23,343 nt of DNA, from the UHGV virus genome UHGV-0099467, one strand, 5' to 3'. The stretch's first letter is position 1. The number at the start of each line of letters is the position of its first letter. This document shows, in pieces, positions 7,967 through 15,079 of the stretch. The DNA is from a virus. The notes below the pieces were generated by a model. It saw nothing but the letters and a program-made list of their open reading frames with translations. It did no database searches and had not been told where the DNA came from. The position numbers and the translations under genes were made by a program.

Positions 7967-9544
7967 TTATTCGCTAGCCGCAGCCCCTGCTTTGACAGTT
8001 ACAACTTTAGCCATACGACGCGCTGCAATAGAACCACCAACAAGTACTTCTGTCAAGAATTGATCGTTGTTATATTTAATGTCAAAGTCTTGGAAATTAT
8101 CGAAACCTGAAGCCATCGAAAGGTTGTAACGCTTGCTTGCGAGTGATACGATAACCCCATCATTAAAGAGTTTTGTATCAGCTGCTTTATTTTTACCAAT
8201 TTTAACATTATCAACGATAACGATATCTTCAACACCAAGACCAGCTGCAATTTGTTCTACAGAAGATGTGGCAGGGAAAATCAATTGATTATTTTTATCA
8301 CGCGCAAATTTAAGTTCGGCAAATGTATCAGGTGACATTGCGAGAACAACACCAAATGAACGAACAATACCTTTGAGCGCTTCTTTAACACCACCTACAT
8401 AGTCATCATTACCAACTTCAACCTTTTCTACCCATTCATCAGTAGTGACACCGCGAATGGCTTCAGAAGCTGTTCCAGCAATAACTTTTTGTTCAATACC
8501 AAGAGCAAGTTGTAAAGGCAAGCGATTCATAACGTAGTCGAGCAGAGCGTTTTGATTCATAGCTTTATTCATTGCAATAAGTTTACGAGGAACTTCGATA
8601 AATGAATAGAAGAACTCAGGGTTGATTGAGCGCAACTCAGGAGTGAGAGTGCCTGTTTTTTCTTGACCCATTGTATGATATGAACCAGTTGAAGCTGCTG
8701 AATCCCAACCGACTTGAAGGTCAGTCAATGGTGTTACATAAAGGTGACGTAGCAAACCACCAGGGCGTTCGAACGCATCCATGAAGCGAGATAATACACC
8801 TTGTGGAATAAGTGATTGAGGGTTAGTGATACCTTTTTCACGTTGAACCATTTCTGATTTTTCTACCCAACGTTGTTTGAATGGTTTAGCTGCTTCTACG
8901 TTGAACAATTCTTGTGCAAAGTCAAGAATAGCTCCAGCAGATTTTTCGTAAGCTACAGTGTCTTTGATTTTGATCTCGCCTGTTTTTTCTTTTTTCAAAG
9001 TTTCGACAATTGACTCAATTGATTTTGAGAATGCCGCTTGCTCTTCTTTTTTAATCGCCACTTCATCTTCAGCTAGTTTCAGTTTGCGCTCTTCAAGTTC
9101 TAATTCTTTTTCTTTAAGTTCTGATGCAGTTGCTACCATATCTTGTTCCTCTTCTTTTTCTATAGTTTCTGATTTTGTGAATGTTACTTTTGCTAATTCA
9201 TTAGCTGGATTGCGTACTAGGCTACCCTCAGTAATAACAATGTTGTGATGTTCTCGACCGTGAATATCAGATGTAGCTACGCCGTATCCAACTGACAAAC
9301 CTTCTCGACCTGAACTCTTAGCTTGACGAGCCAAATCTGAATTGTCATAGACAGCGGTGATTTCTACACCATCATCAACAACACTCCAAATTAGTTCACC
9401 AATCTTATGCGCTTTATTATGTTCTAGGTACAAAGGAGCTTTACCAAAGTCACCCTTAACACTCTTGATAATATCACCATGCTTATCTACATTGTCAAAC
9501 TGAACGAGTCGACCACGCAATCCTCCATTACTCGCTATTCCCAT
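7967..9544 (-). CDS. Prohead protease (S78/HK97-like), scaffold-like coiled-coil and HK97-fold major capsid protein, fused in one polypeptide.
   Basis: 525 aa. The N-terminal ~130 aa carry a prohead protease signature (FDNVDKHGDII...GDF, His in EHNKAHKIG, Ser in GLSVGYG). Residues ~135-200 form a charged coiled-coil (EKEEEQD...ELKEKELELEERKLKLAEDE), acting like a delta domain or scaffold. The C-terminal ~320 aa have capsid-like composition. No separate protease or scaffold gene is present. Confidence 0.7.
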   Translation of the reverse strand: MGIASNGGLRGRLVQFDNVDKHGDIIKSVKGDFGKAPLYLEHNKAHKIGELIWSVVDDGVEITAVYDNSDLARQAKSSGREGLSVGYGVATSDIHGREHHNIVITEGSLVRNPANELAKVTFTKSETIEKEEEQDMVATASELKEKELELEERKLKLAEDEVAIKKEEQAAFSKSIESIVETLKKEKTGEIKIKDTVAYEKSAGAILDFAQELFNVEAAKPFKQRWVEKSEMVQREKGITNPQSLIPQGVLSRFMDAFERPGGLLRHLYVTPLTDLQVGWDSAASTGSYHTMGQEKTGTLTPELRSINPEFFYSFIEVPRKLIAMNKAMNQNALLDYVMNRLPLQLALGIEQKVIAGTASEAIRGVTTDEWVEKVEVGNDDYVGGVKEALKGIVRSFGVVLAMSPDTFAELKFARDKNNQLIFPATSSVEQIAAGLGVEDIVIVDNVKIGKNKAADTKLFNDGVIVSLASKRYNLSMASGFDNFQDFDIKYNNDQFLTEVLVGGSIAARRMAKVVTVKAGAAASE

Positions 9545-10454
9545 CTTCCGGTTTTACCTCTTCTTCTTTTGGTTCTTGTTTAGGTTGATACTCAGCAGCA
9601 ATGGCTTGCATTTTCTCCTCCTTGGCAATCTCAAGTTCAGTACTAAATCTCTCATTTTCACGTGTGACTTTATTATACTGATCAAGATACTTATAACCAG
9701 CAGTTGAAATAAATGACAGTGTTGTAGCAAAGTCAAAGTTCCAATCTAAGCCTAAAGCATCCAAGTAAGTGCCAGTGATTTGATTAATGAAAGTCATAGT
9801 CTGATTATCGTTAGCCATTCCGAGAACGAACTCAGGAGGAATTCCGGATTGTGCAAGCATAGAAGTGAGTAATTGCTTAGGAGCTTCCATGTTAGCGCGT
9901 GAATAGTCAGGTTGTAATTCCTTAACATCTTCAGTGTTCTTAAACCATAATACTTTATCGCCTGCTTCGACTGAACTGTTAATTTGTTCATTACGTTGTT
10001 TCTGCCAAGGTAAAGCCACTTTAAGATTAAGATCTTGGTTAGTCTTAGCAATAAACTTAACCGAACCGTCTAAGTCAAATTTTCGTCCCATAGCATCAAA
10101 AGCTGCATCTATCAAAGCCAAGTTGCCAGCAACTTGTTCATATGGTCGTACAACTAATTTATAATCTCCACGCAATGCGGTAACTAAATTATAACCGTCC
10201 ATGTACGTTTTAATTGTAGGGATTTGCTCTACTACGCCGAACTCTTGATCATTAGCAATTCGATAAACTTTATTATCCTGAAGCACAAGCTCTTGAACAG
10301 CATCTAATCGATTAATCAACCTAATCACATCCAACTCTCTGCTTTTATCATATTCGACATATGACAGGGAACGGATGATAGCCTTAGTAACGATATCTCG
10401 ACCAACTGTACCAGTCCGACCAGACATATTAAAAAGGCTTGAAATATCGCCCAT
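9528..10454 (-). CDS. Putative portal protein (small, 308 aa).
   Basis: Assigned on position, immediately upstream of the protease-capsid gene. It has an acidic C-terminal tail. At 308 aa it is short for a portal, so the call rests on synteny only. Confidence 0.4.
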   Translation of the reverse strand: MGDISSLFNMSGRTGTVGRDIVTKAIIRSLSYVEYDKSRELDVIRLINRLDAVQELVLQDNKVYRIANDQEFGVVEQIPTIKTYMDGYNLVTALRGDYKLVVRPYEQVAGNLALIDAAFDAMGRKFDLDGSVKFIAKTNQDLNLKVALPWQKQRNEQINSSVEAGDKVLWFKNTEDVKELQPDYSRANMEAPKQLLTSMLAQSGIPPEFVLGMANDNQTMTFINQITGTYLDALGLDWNFDFATTLSFISTAGYKYLDQYNKVTRENERFSTELEIAKEEKMQAIAAEYQPKQEPKEEEVKPEDGNSE

Positions 10455-10514
10455 ATCTTTATTTCCTTTCTAGCAAACCTAAGCTGCATATTCACATTAT
10501 AGGGAGTGTCCCAA

Positions 10515-10596
10515 TTCTCGCAAGTGGATTCGAACCACTACTTTATTATCGGCACTAATGCTAAAACTAACCTGCCCCTAGTTAACCAGTACGAGA
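10515..10596 (-). tRNA. tRNA-like element. The 3' half is canonical (anticodon arm, 4-nt variable loop, T-arm and acceptor stem), but the 5' D-region is aberrant. It may be a tRNA-Gly(GCC)-like gene or a pseudo-tRNA.
   Basis: On the minus strand a 7-bp acceptor stem forms between TCTCGTA and TGCGAGA, with a discriminator A. The T-arm is AGTGG-TTCGAAT-CCACT, carrying the canonical GGTTCGAATCC motif. A candidate anticodon arm is cATTA-GTGCCGA-TAATa, with U33 and anticodon GCC. The segment between the acceptor stem and the anticodon arm is 29 nt instead of about 19, so no standard D-arm forms. The total length is 82 nt. Confidence 0.35.
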
Positions 10597-10645
10597 ACAA
10601 AAATAAAGGAGACGACATTTTAACGACTTATCGAGGTCGAGTTAT

Positions 10646-10828
10646 TTACATCAACTCTAACAATTTAATCATGAGATAAGCTATCAACCATGAGTACCAA
10701 AGGTTAAATAAAATTTTGCTATATCCAATTTTATTTACATATTCTAAACTAAAAGATGCAAACAAACTCAACAACCAATTAGCAGAATTAAGGATTAATA
10801 CAACCCAAACTACAACATTTAAAATCAT
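10646..10828 (-). CDS. Small hydrophobic membrane protein (60 aa, 2-3 TM).
   Basis: Its ATG overlaps the stop of the preceding 35-aa ORF as ATGA. An AAAGG sits about 9 nt upstream. The sequence is highly hydrophobic (MILNVVVWVVLILNSANWLLSLFASF...). Confidence 0.4.
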   Translation of the reverse strand: MILNVVVWVVLILNSANWLLSLFASFSLEYVNKIGYSKILFNLWYSWLIAYLMIKLLELM

Positions 10829-10932
10829 TTCTTTTTACCTTTCAATATATCAGTAAACACTGCATAGAATCCATATACCATGAAGTAAGCAGTAATAGCA
10901 ATGATTGACACACTAACAATATCACTAATCAT
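10825..10932 (-). CDS. Tiny single-TM peptide (35 aa), translationally coupled to the RuvC-like gene.
   Basis: Its ATG overlaps the RuvC stop as ATGA. Sequence: MISDIVSVSIIAITAYFMVYGFYAVFTDILKGKKK, a hydrophobic core with a lysine C-terminus. It is absent from the ORF track because it is under 60 aa. Confidence 0.35.
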   Translation of the reverse strand: MISDIVSVSIIAITAYFMVYGFYAVFTDILKGKKK

Positions 10933-11384
10933 TTTTCTAAACTTTCCACATATTTCAGTTGGCAGTAAGCGTCCGCTTCATCATCGCCTAATTCTAAACC
11001 TAAGTCATGGAGTAGTATTGCCTTGCTCTGCTCTTTTCGTTCAGATCGCTTTCCACTAATCAGATGATAACTAGCCCAAGAACTATTAGGAATAAAAGTG
11101 AAGCCGTCACTAACTTGTTGTAACATACCCAATAACATGCCATTACAGTTAGCTAAAGTTATAGCTGTTTTTTTGTTCCGTACATTAATAGGTTGTTCAA
11201 TAACTATGTGATAATTTTGTAAACTATCTTCGATAATCATTTCTTTTATAGTTACAGCTATTTGTGCTGTGCGCTCCCATGCTGAACCCTTACCACCTTT
11301 AATAACTCCAACAATATATTTACCATTCTGTTTATAAGCGTAACCTGTAGCGGTTGTGCTAAAATCAATACTTAAATAATTCAT
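10929..11384 (-). CDS. RuvC-like Holliday junction resolvase.
   Basis: 151 aa. The N-terminus YLSIDFSTTATGYAY matches the RuvC ILGIDPG..TGYAV motif with its catalytic Asp. IVIEQP supplies the second acidic residue. The C-terminal DDEADAY matches the RuvC D..D motif. Confidence 0.85.
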   Translation of the reverse strand: MNYLSIDFSTTATGYAYKQNGKYIVGVIKGGKGSAWERTAQIAVTIKEMIIEDSLQNYHIVIEQPINVRNKKTAITLANCNGMLLGMLQQVSDGFTFIPNSSWASYHLISGKRSERKEQSKAILLHDLGLELGDDEADAYCQLKYVESLEK

Positions 11385-11386
11385 TA

Positions 11387-11536
11387 TTAAATAGGCAAGC
11401 TATACGAAGTAACCACAGCGAAAACTTTTCCAGTCTCTGGATAATCAACACTAATAGAAAAGTCTTGAATTTCTTCAAGATATTCTAATAACTGATTAAG
11501 TTCATACCATGAATTGACGTTATATTCATTTTTCAT
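11387..11536 (-). CDS. Small acidic ORF (49 aa), first gene of the leftward operon.
   Basis: Sequence MKNEYNVNSWYELNQLLEYLEEIQDF... An AGG/AAAGG RBS lies 6-9 nt upstream. Its TAA stop is 2 nt before the RuvC ATG. Confidence 0.35.
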   Translation of the reverse strand: MKNEYNVNSWYELNQLLEYLEEIQDFSISVDYPETGKVFAVVTSYSLPI

Positions 11537-11586
11537 ATATCTGCCTGCCTTTCTGTAAATCTAAGTTATCTCAACTCGATAAATTA

Positions 11587-11648
11587 ATTATAACATATAA
11601 AAATGTATGGTTTTTATCTCATTATACGACAAAAGCGAAGCGTGCTAA
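11587..11648 (-). promoter_or_regulatory. Candidate leftward (late/middle operon) promoters.
   Basis: On the minus strand an extended -10 TGtTATAAT spans 11595-11587. A second element has -35 TTAGCA (11648-11643), a 16-nt spacer and -10 TATAAT (11626-11621). Both lie upstream of the first leftward ORF. Confidence 0.4.
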
Positions 11649-11721
11649 GAAGGCGACTAGTTTCTAACTAAAGTGTTAGCTGCCTTAGCAGCGTGCAATA
11701 AAAATAATTTTGGGTTATCTC

Positions 11722-11755
11722 TTGACAAAACCATACTAATATGATATGCTATAAT
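11722..11755 (+). promoter_or_regulatory. Rightward promoter P1, driving transcription into the ORF-free origin-like region.
   Basis: TTGACA at 11722-11727, then a 17-nt spacer to TATGCT (11745-11750). Overlapping this is the extended -10 TGcTATAAT at 11747-11755. Confidence 0.45.
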
Positions 11756-11756
11756 A

Positions 11757-12099
11757 GAATTAAGAACTGAATACGAGTAATGCCTTATCGGATGGCTTGC
11801 TTGAGGAGTATATGAACAGCAGCTGAATAAGTATTGCTAAGTAATGAATTCGAACTTATTAGAAAGCCGTGCCTTTGTATAGGAAAAGCACAATATAACT
11901 AAAGGCAATGTCAAACAAGTAAAACGATTAGACAACCTGTGCGGCTAGTGTTTCTGATAAGGGGTTTAATAGTGAGGACTAATAGCCTGTAAGACCGAAG
12001 AGCAAAATACACCGAGGTTGCTTTTAATAACTCTTTGAGTTTTGGAAATTATCAAGTTAGAAGTAATAACAGGGGGCTAAGAAAATGCTAACTTTACTC
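11757..12099 (+). other. ORF-free, GC-richer transcribed region between the divergent promoters. Candidate replication origin or noncoding RNA.
   Basis: About 340 nt without a credible ORF, lying between P1 and the early promoter at 12100. GC content is visibly above the genome average. It contains a hairpin GTGCCTTT...AAAAGCAC and a TAATAG repeat. Confidence 0.3.
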
Positions 12100-12128
12100 T
12101 TGACAATGTTTTTAAAGTATGATATTAT
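12100..12128 (+). promoter_or_regulatory. Early promoter (sigma-A type).
   Basis: TTGACA at 12100-12105, a 17-nt spacer, then the extended -10 TGaTATTAT with the -10 hexamer at 12123-12128. Confidence 0.6.
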
Positions 12129-12154
12129 ATAAGTATGGAAAAAAGGAGCATTGT

Positions 12155-12346
12155 ATGTGGCTAAATGGTTTAGAGGGTTTATACAGTTACACAGAACACG
12201 GCACAGTTTGGAATCACATTCGAAATAGAGAACTACATCCAACTAAAAACAGAATCAAGATAAGAGGTAAGTGTTATTATGTTTCGGAAAAGTTACATAA
12301 GTCACCAAATAATAATATATCTTTATTTGACTTATTAGGTGTTTAG
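12155..12346 (+). CDS. Short NUMOD4-like protein, a probable N-terminal remnant of an HNH homing endonuclease.
   Basis: RBS AAGGAG lies 6 nt upstream of the ATG at 12155. The sequence MWLNGLEGLYSYTEHGTVWNHIRNRELHP...IKIRGKCYYVSEKL fits the NUMOD4 pattern W..I.G.EG.Y.VS..G.V.S...L.P...GY..V.L. No HNH catalytic domain follows. Confidence 0.4.
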   Translation: MWLNGLEGLYSYTEHGTVWNHIRNRELHPTKNRIKIRGKCYYVSEKLHKSPNNNISLFDLLGV

Positions 12347-12384
12347 TGATAGAATAGTTTTATAGAAATGAAAGGGGAGAATAA

Positions 12385-12516
12385 ATGGAAGTAAGATGTA
12401 TGACACTAGAAGAAATTCAAGGAGTTATTGAGCGGAAGAATGAAGAAATTAGAAAATTAACAAGTGCTTTAGTTGAATATCGTGAAGATGTATTATATTA
12501 TATAAACGAAAGATGA
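12385..12516 (+). CDS. Small ORF (43 aa).
   Basis: RBS AAAGGGGAG upstream of the ATG at 12385. Sequence MEVRCMTLEEIQGVIERKNEEIRKL... Confidence 0.4.
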   Translation: MEVRCMTLEEIQGVIERKNEEIRKLTSALVEYREDVLYYINER

Positions 12517-12534
12517 AAGTAAAGGAGAATTACA

Positions 12535-12738
12535 ATGAAAGAAATTATTTTATATCTAACTGCTGGAGGTGTCACATTAGGTTTATCTTTGACATCTATA
12601 TTTGCATCAATTATGATTTTTAGAGAAGCCTATGACGAAAAAGATTGGGGTGATGCCGTTTTGGGTATGATTATGTTATCGTGTGTAGCAATGCCAGCTT
12701 TTGGATTGTTTGCTAGTTTGTTTTTTATTGGAGGTTAA
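12535..12738 (+). CDS. Small membrane protein (67 aa, 2 TM).
   Basis: RBS AAAGGAG. There are two hydrophobic helices separated by REAYDEKDWGD. Confidence 0.55.
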   Translation: MKEIILYLTAGGVTLGLSLTSIFASIMIFREAYDEKDWGDAVLGMIMLSCVAMPAFGLFASLFFIGG

Positions 12739-12739
12739 C

Positions 12740-12937
12740 ATGAAAGCTACACACTATATAGTATATGACGAGAAAGAGAACTTCGTAGACATGGGGACAT
12801 CTGAAGAGTTACAAGAACGCTTCAATATGACTAAGTTACAAATTAGACAAAAGGCAACTGACACAAAGCGTAGAGTTCCAAAAAGCGGAGTTCGTAGAGG
12901 ATTATTATTTTATTCAGTCGGGAAAATGGAGGTGTGA
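12740..12937 (+). CDS. Hypothetical early protein (65 aa).
   Basis: RBS GGAGG immediately upstream of the ATG at 12740. The track ORF 12701.. begins inside the previous gene, so the internal start is preferred. Confidence 0.5.
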   Translation: MKATHYIVYDEKENFVDMGTSEELQERFNMTKLQIRQKATDTKRRVPKSGVRRGLLFYSVGKMEV

Positions 12938-12938
12938 T

Positions 12939-13028
12939 ATGTCAGTTTTGGAAGCTATAATTTTTAGTGCATGTTTGACTATAAGTTTGTTTACATTGAG
13001 TTATATTTTACAAGGAGGTAAGAAATGA
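12939..13028 (+). CDS. Tiny hydrophobic peptide (29 aa).
   Basis: RBS GGAGG upstream. Sequence MSVLEAIIFSACLTISLFTLSYILQGGKK. Its stop overlaps the next ATG. Confidence 0.3.
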   Translation: MSVLEAIIFSACLTISLFTLSYILQGGKK

Positions 13029-13126
13029 GCGAACTAGAAAAGCATTTATTATATACTGCTATATTTTTCGCAATTGCGTTATTGCTAGTTTTAGCAGGTG
13101 TTTTGTTGACTATTTTCGGAGCATGA
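13025..13126 (+). CDS. Tiny hydrophobic peptide (33 aa).
   Basis: RBS GGAGG upstream. Sequence MSELEKHLLYTAIFFAIALLLVLAGVLLTIFGA. Confidence 0.3.
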   Translation: MSELEKHLLYTAIFFAIALLLVLAGVLLTIFGA

Positions 13127-13389
13127 TTATGGAAGAAGATTTATTTAGACTATTTAACGAAGCTCATTTAGGTAACTTTAAAATTATAAACAGAGCTTTG
13201 CAAGACGAAAATATATCAATGTATAATTTAGTGCGCTACAAGTCCATGACAAAGCGTATGAGGGCTTCCATGAGGTTACTCGGTAAATTGTACCAGAAAG
13301 ATGCTAACGAACGTTATTTGGTGTTATATGGGCGTGTGATGAATTTGGATTATGCGTTGAATAAAAGAATGAGGGAGAAATTTAAGTGA
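13123..13389 (+). CDS. Hypothetical early protein (88 aa; an alternative start is at 13129).
   Basis: ORF in the track. It overlaps the previous stop, and a GGAG is present upstream. Confidence 0.5.
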   Translation: MIMEEDLFRLFNEAHLGNFKIINRALQDENISMYNLVRYKSMTKRMRASMRLLGKLYQKDANERYLVLYGRVMNLDYALNKRMREKFK

Positions 13390-14243
13390 CTATATTTGAT
13401 AAAGTCATGAGTTCAAAAGAAATTGTAGAAAATGAAGAATTTGAGCAAGTGCAGTGGCTAGTGGATGATTTAATTCCAAGCGGACAAGCTGGTTTGATAG
13501 TGGCTCCCCCTAAGGCTATGAAGTCAAGTTTAAGCATGGATATAGCACAAGCTGTAAGTAACGGTAGTAAAGTTATGGAACACCAAGCACGACAAGCTAA
13601 TGTACTTATAATCCAAAATGAGAATAATGTGTTAACAGAGCGCCAACGACTATTACAAGGGGATAGAGAAGTTAATGATAACTTGTTCTTCTTACATGGT
13701 GGCGTGTTTAAACTAGATAATGTTGAGCACATGCGAGATTTAACTAACTACATTCGAGAAAAAGAAATTAAGTTGGTTATCATTGACCCATTGAAAGACT
13801 GCTTGAGCAGCGATGAGATATTAAACAACATGCAGGAAATGAACAGAGTGTTAATGCGCATTACTCAAATGAAGTTGTTCCTTGAAGATGTAAGTTTTAT
13901 ATTGGTCGCTCATGCTGTTAAGTCTACAACGGAACGCAGCATTACAGAAAAAGATTTTCGTGTTATTCCCGAGAATGCTCTAGGATCTACAGCTATACCT
14001 TCTTGGTATGAGTTTTGTTTTACTATGAGTCCTAAACGTGGCAAAAGTGGAATGTACAGTATAATCCGTTTGTCTGCACGTAACTTTGCATATAACAAAG
14101 AGATAGCATGTGGGTATATTGGTGACAAATTTAGTTATATCTTGCCAGATAGTGAGAAGAAAAAGCATAGGGAAGAAGTTGAAGAAAATGAGCTTATTAA
14201 AGCTTTGAAAGAACAAGGAAAGGTGACAGAAATAAATGATTGA
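13386..14243 (+). CDS. RecA-fold ATPase of the AAA_25/Sak4-like family with a deviant Walker A motif.
   Basis: 285 aa, GTG start with a GGGAG RBS. It has the AAA_25-like layout LIPSGQAGLIVAPPKAMKSSLSMDIAQAV. The Walker A reads APPKAMKS instead of the consensus GxxGxGKS. Walker B is KLVIIDPL. Confidence 0.65.
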   Translation: MTIFDKVMSSKEIVENEEFEQVQWLVDDLIPSGQAGLIVAPPKAMKSSLSMDIAQAVSNGSKVMEHQARQANVLIIQNENNVLTERQRLLQGDREVNDNLFFLHGGVFKLDNVEHMRDLTNYIREKEIKLVIIDPLKDCLSSDEILNNMQEMNRVLMRITQMKLFLEDVSFILVAHAVKSTTERSITEKDFRVIPENALGSTAIPSWYEFCFTMSPKRGKSGMYSIIRLSARNFAYNKEIACGYIGDKFSYILPDSEKKKHREEVEENELIKALKEQGKVTEIND

Positions 14244-14460
14244 ATTCAAGAAGAAAATAAAAGTTAAACCATATATGCCAGATGCTATGATGCCTAATGT
14301 ATTATGGGCAAAGCATCATAAGTTAGGTCACAAGGAGTATGACTTATACGGCAAGATGTGGGAAGTGGGAGAAGATGTTAATTTTGATAAATTTTGGTTT
14401 AGATTAATAAAGGATAAAGAATCAGAATTAGTAGTGAAGGGATTTAGAAAAAATGATTAA
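14236..14460 (+). CDS. Hypothetical early protein (74 aa).
   Basis: ORF in the track. It overlaps the ATPase stop. RBS AAGGTG. Confidence 0.55.
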   Translation: MIEFKKKIKVKPYMPDAMMPNVLWAKHHKLGHKEYDLYGKMWEVGEDVNFDKFWFRLIKDKESELVVKGFRKND

Positions 14461-14734
14461 ACGATATTACATAGAAGAGACTGACGGAAAAGAAACTAAG
14501 CGTACATTGACAACATTTAATGATTTAGATGACATGCGTAACTATAGCGATATTGAAATTCAAGAAATGTATTATGAATCTACAGCTGAGTTAGTTAGTA
14601 AGGCGCACAAGGTTGAGTTATTATTTGAAGAAATAAAGGGTCGTTACCAACTAGGGGAAAGTGATTTTAATTTAAGTATTCTAACTGAAGCATATGTAAA
14701 TAAAAGCATAGCTTTAGATAAAATTAATTTGTAA
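14453..14734 (+). CDS. Hypothetical early protein (93 aa).
   Basis: ORF in the track, overlapping the upstream gene. Confidence 0.55.
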   Translation: MIKRYYIEETDGKETKRTLTTFNDLDDMRNYSDIEIQEMYYESTAELVSKAHKVELLFEEIKGRYQLGESDFNLSILTEAYVNKSIALDKINL

Positions 14735-14756
14735 TATAATTGTAAAGATTTTGCGG

Positions 14757-14785
14757 TTGACGAGTTAGACTATTTTTGATATAAT
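14757..14785 (+). promoter_or_regulatory. Internal promoter.
   Basis: TTGACG at 14757-14762, a 17-nt spacer, then TGaTATAAT with the -10 at 14780-14785. A GGAG RBS and the ATG at 14813 follow. Confidence 0.6.
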
Positions 14786-14812
14786 AGTCTTATCAAATTA
14801 AAGGAGTTTCAA

Positions 14813-15079
14813 ATGAACTATTACGAAAACAAACACGGTAAAGATTTAAAGTCATTTATTATTGAAATGGATATCGAAGCGTGGTTACACTTCTGTTTAA
14901 TCAATGCTATGAAGTATCAAATTCGAGCAGGTAAAAAAGAAGGAGAGAGTGAATCGAAAGACTTCGCTAAGCGAGATAATTACTTAGAAAGTTATATTGA
15001 ACTCACAGGAGAAGATGCGGAAGAAGTTTACAAAAATTTAGCTAGTGCGGTAAAGATGTTCAACGACTATGATAACTAA
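14813..15079 (+). CDS. Hypothetical protein (88 aa).
   Basis: RBS AAAGGAG. Confidence 0.55.
   Translation: MNYYENKHGKDLKSFIIEMDIEAWLHFCLINAMKYQIRAGKKEGESESKDFAKRDNYLESYIELTGEDAEEVYKNLASAVKMFNDYDN

Noticed and set aside
8958-9248. Plus-strand 96-aa Ser-rich ORF and minus-strand 65-aa ORF (8053-8250) within the capsid gene.
   Set aside because: They are shadow frames of the capsid gene's coiled-coil region, with no translation signals.
9554-10164. Small ORFs 9554-9736(-), 9794-10051(-) and 9934-10164(+) inside the putative portal gene.
   Set aside because: They are alternative frames nested within a longer, coupled ORF, with no RBS.
10515-10596. Calling this a standard tRNA with a definite amino-acid identity.
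   Set aside because: Only the 3' half folds canonically. The D-arm cannot be drawn, since the region is 10 nt too long, so isotype and functionality cannot be asserted by eye.
12057-12242. Minus-strand 61-aa ORF, and the long form of the plus ORF starting at 12119.
   Set aside because: Both overlap the -35 and -10 of the early promoter. The plus ORF has a proper AAGGAG-ATG start at 12155 instead. The minus ORF has no RBS.
13382-14249. Minus-strand ORFs 13382-13732, 13910-14128 and 13980-14249 opposite the ATPase gene.
   Set aside because: They are antisense to a motif-supported gene, are Cys/Ser-rich, and lack an RBS.
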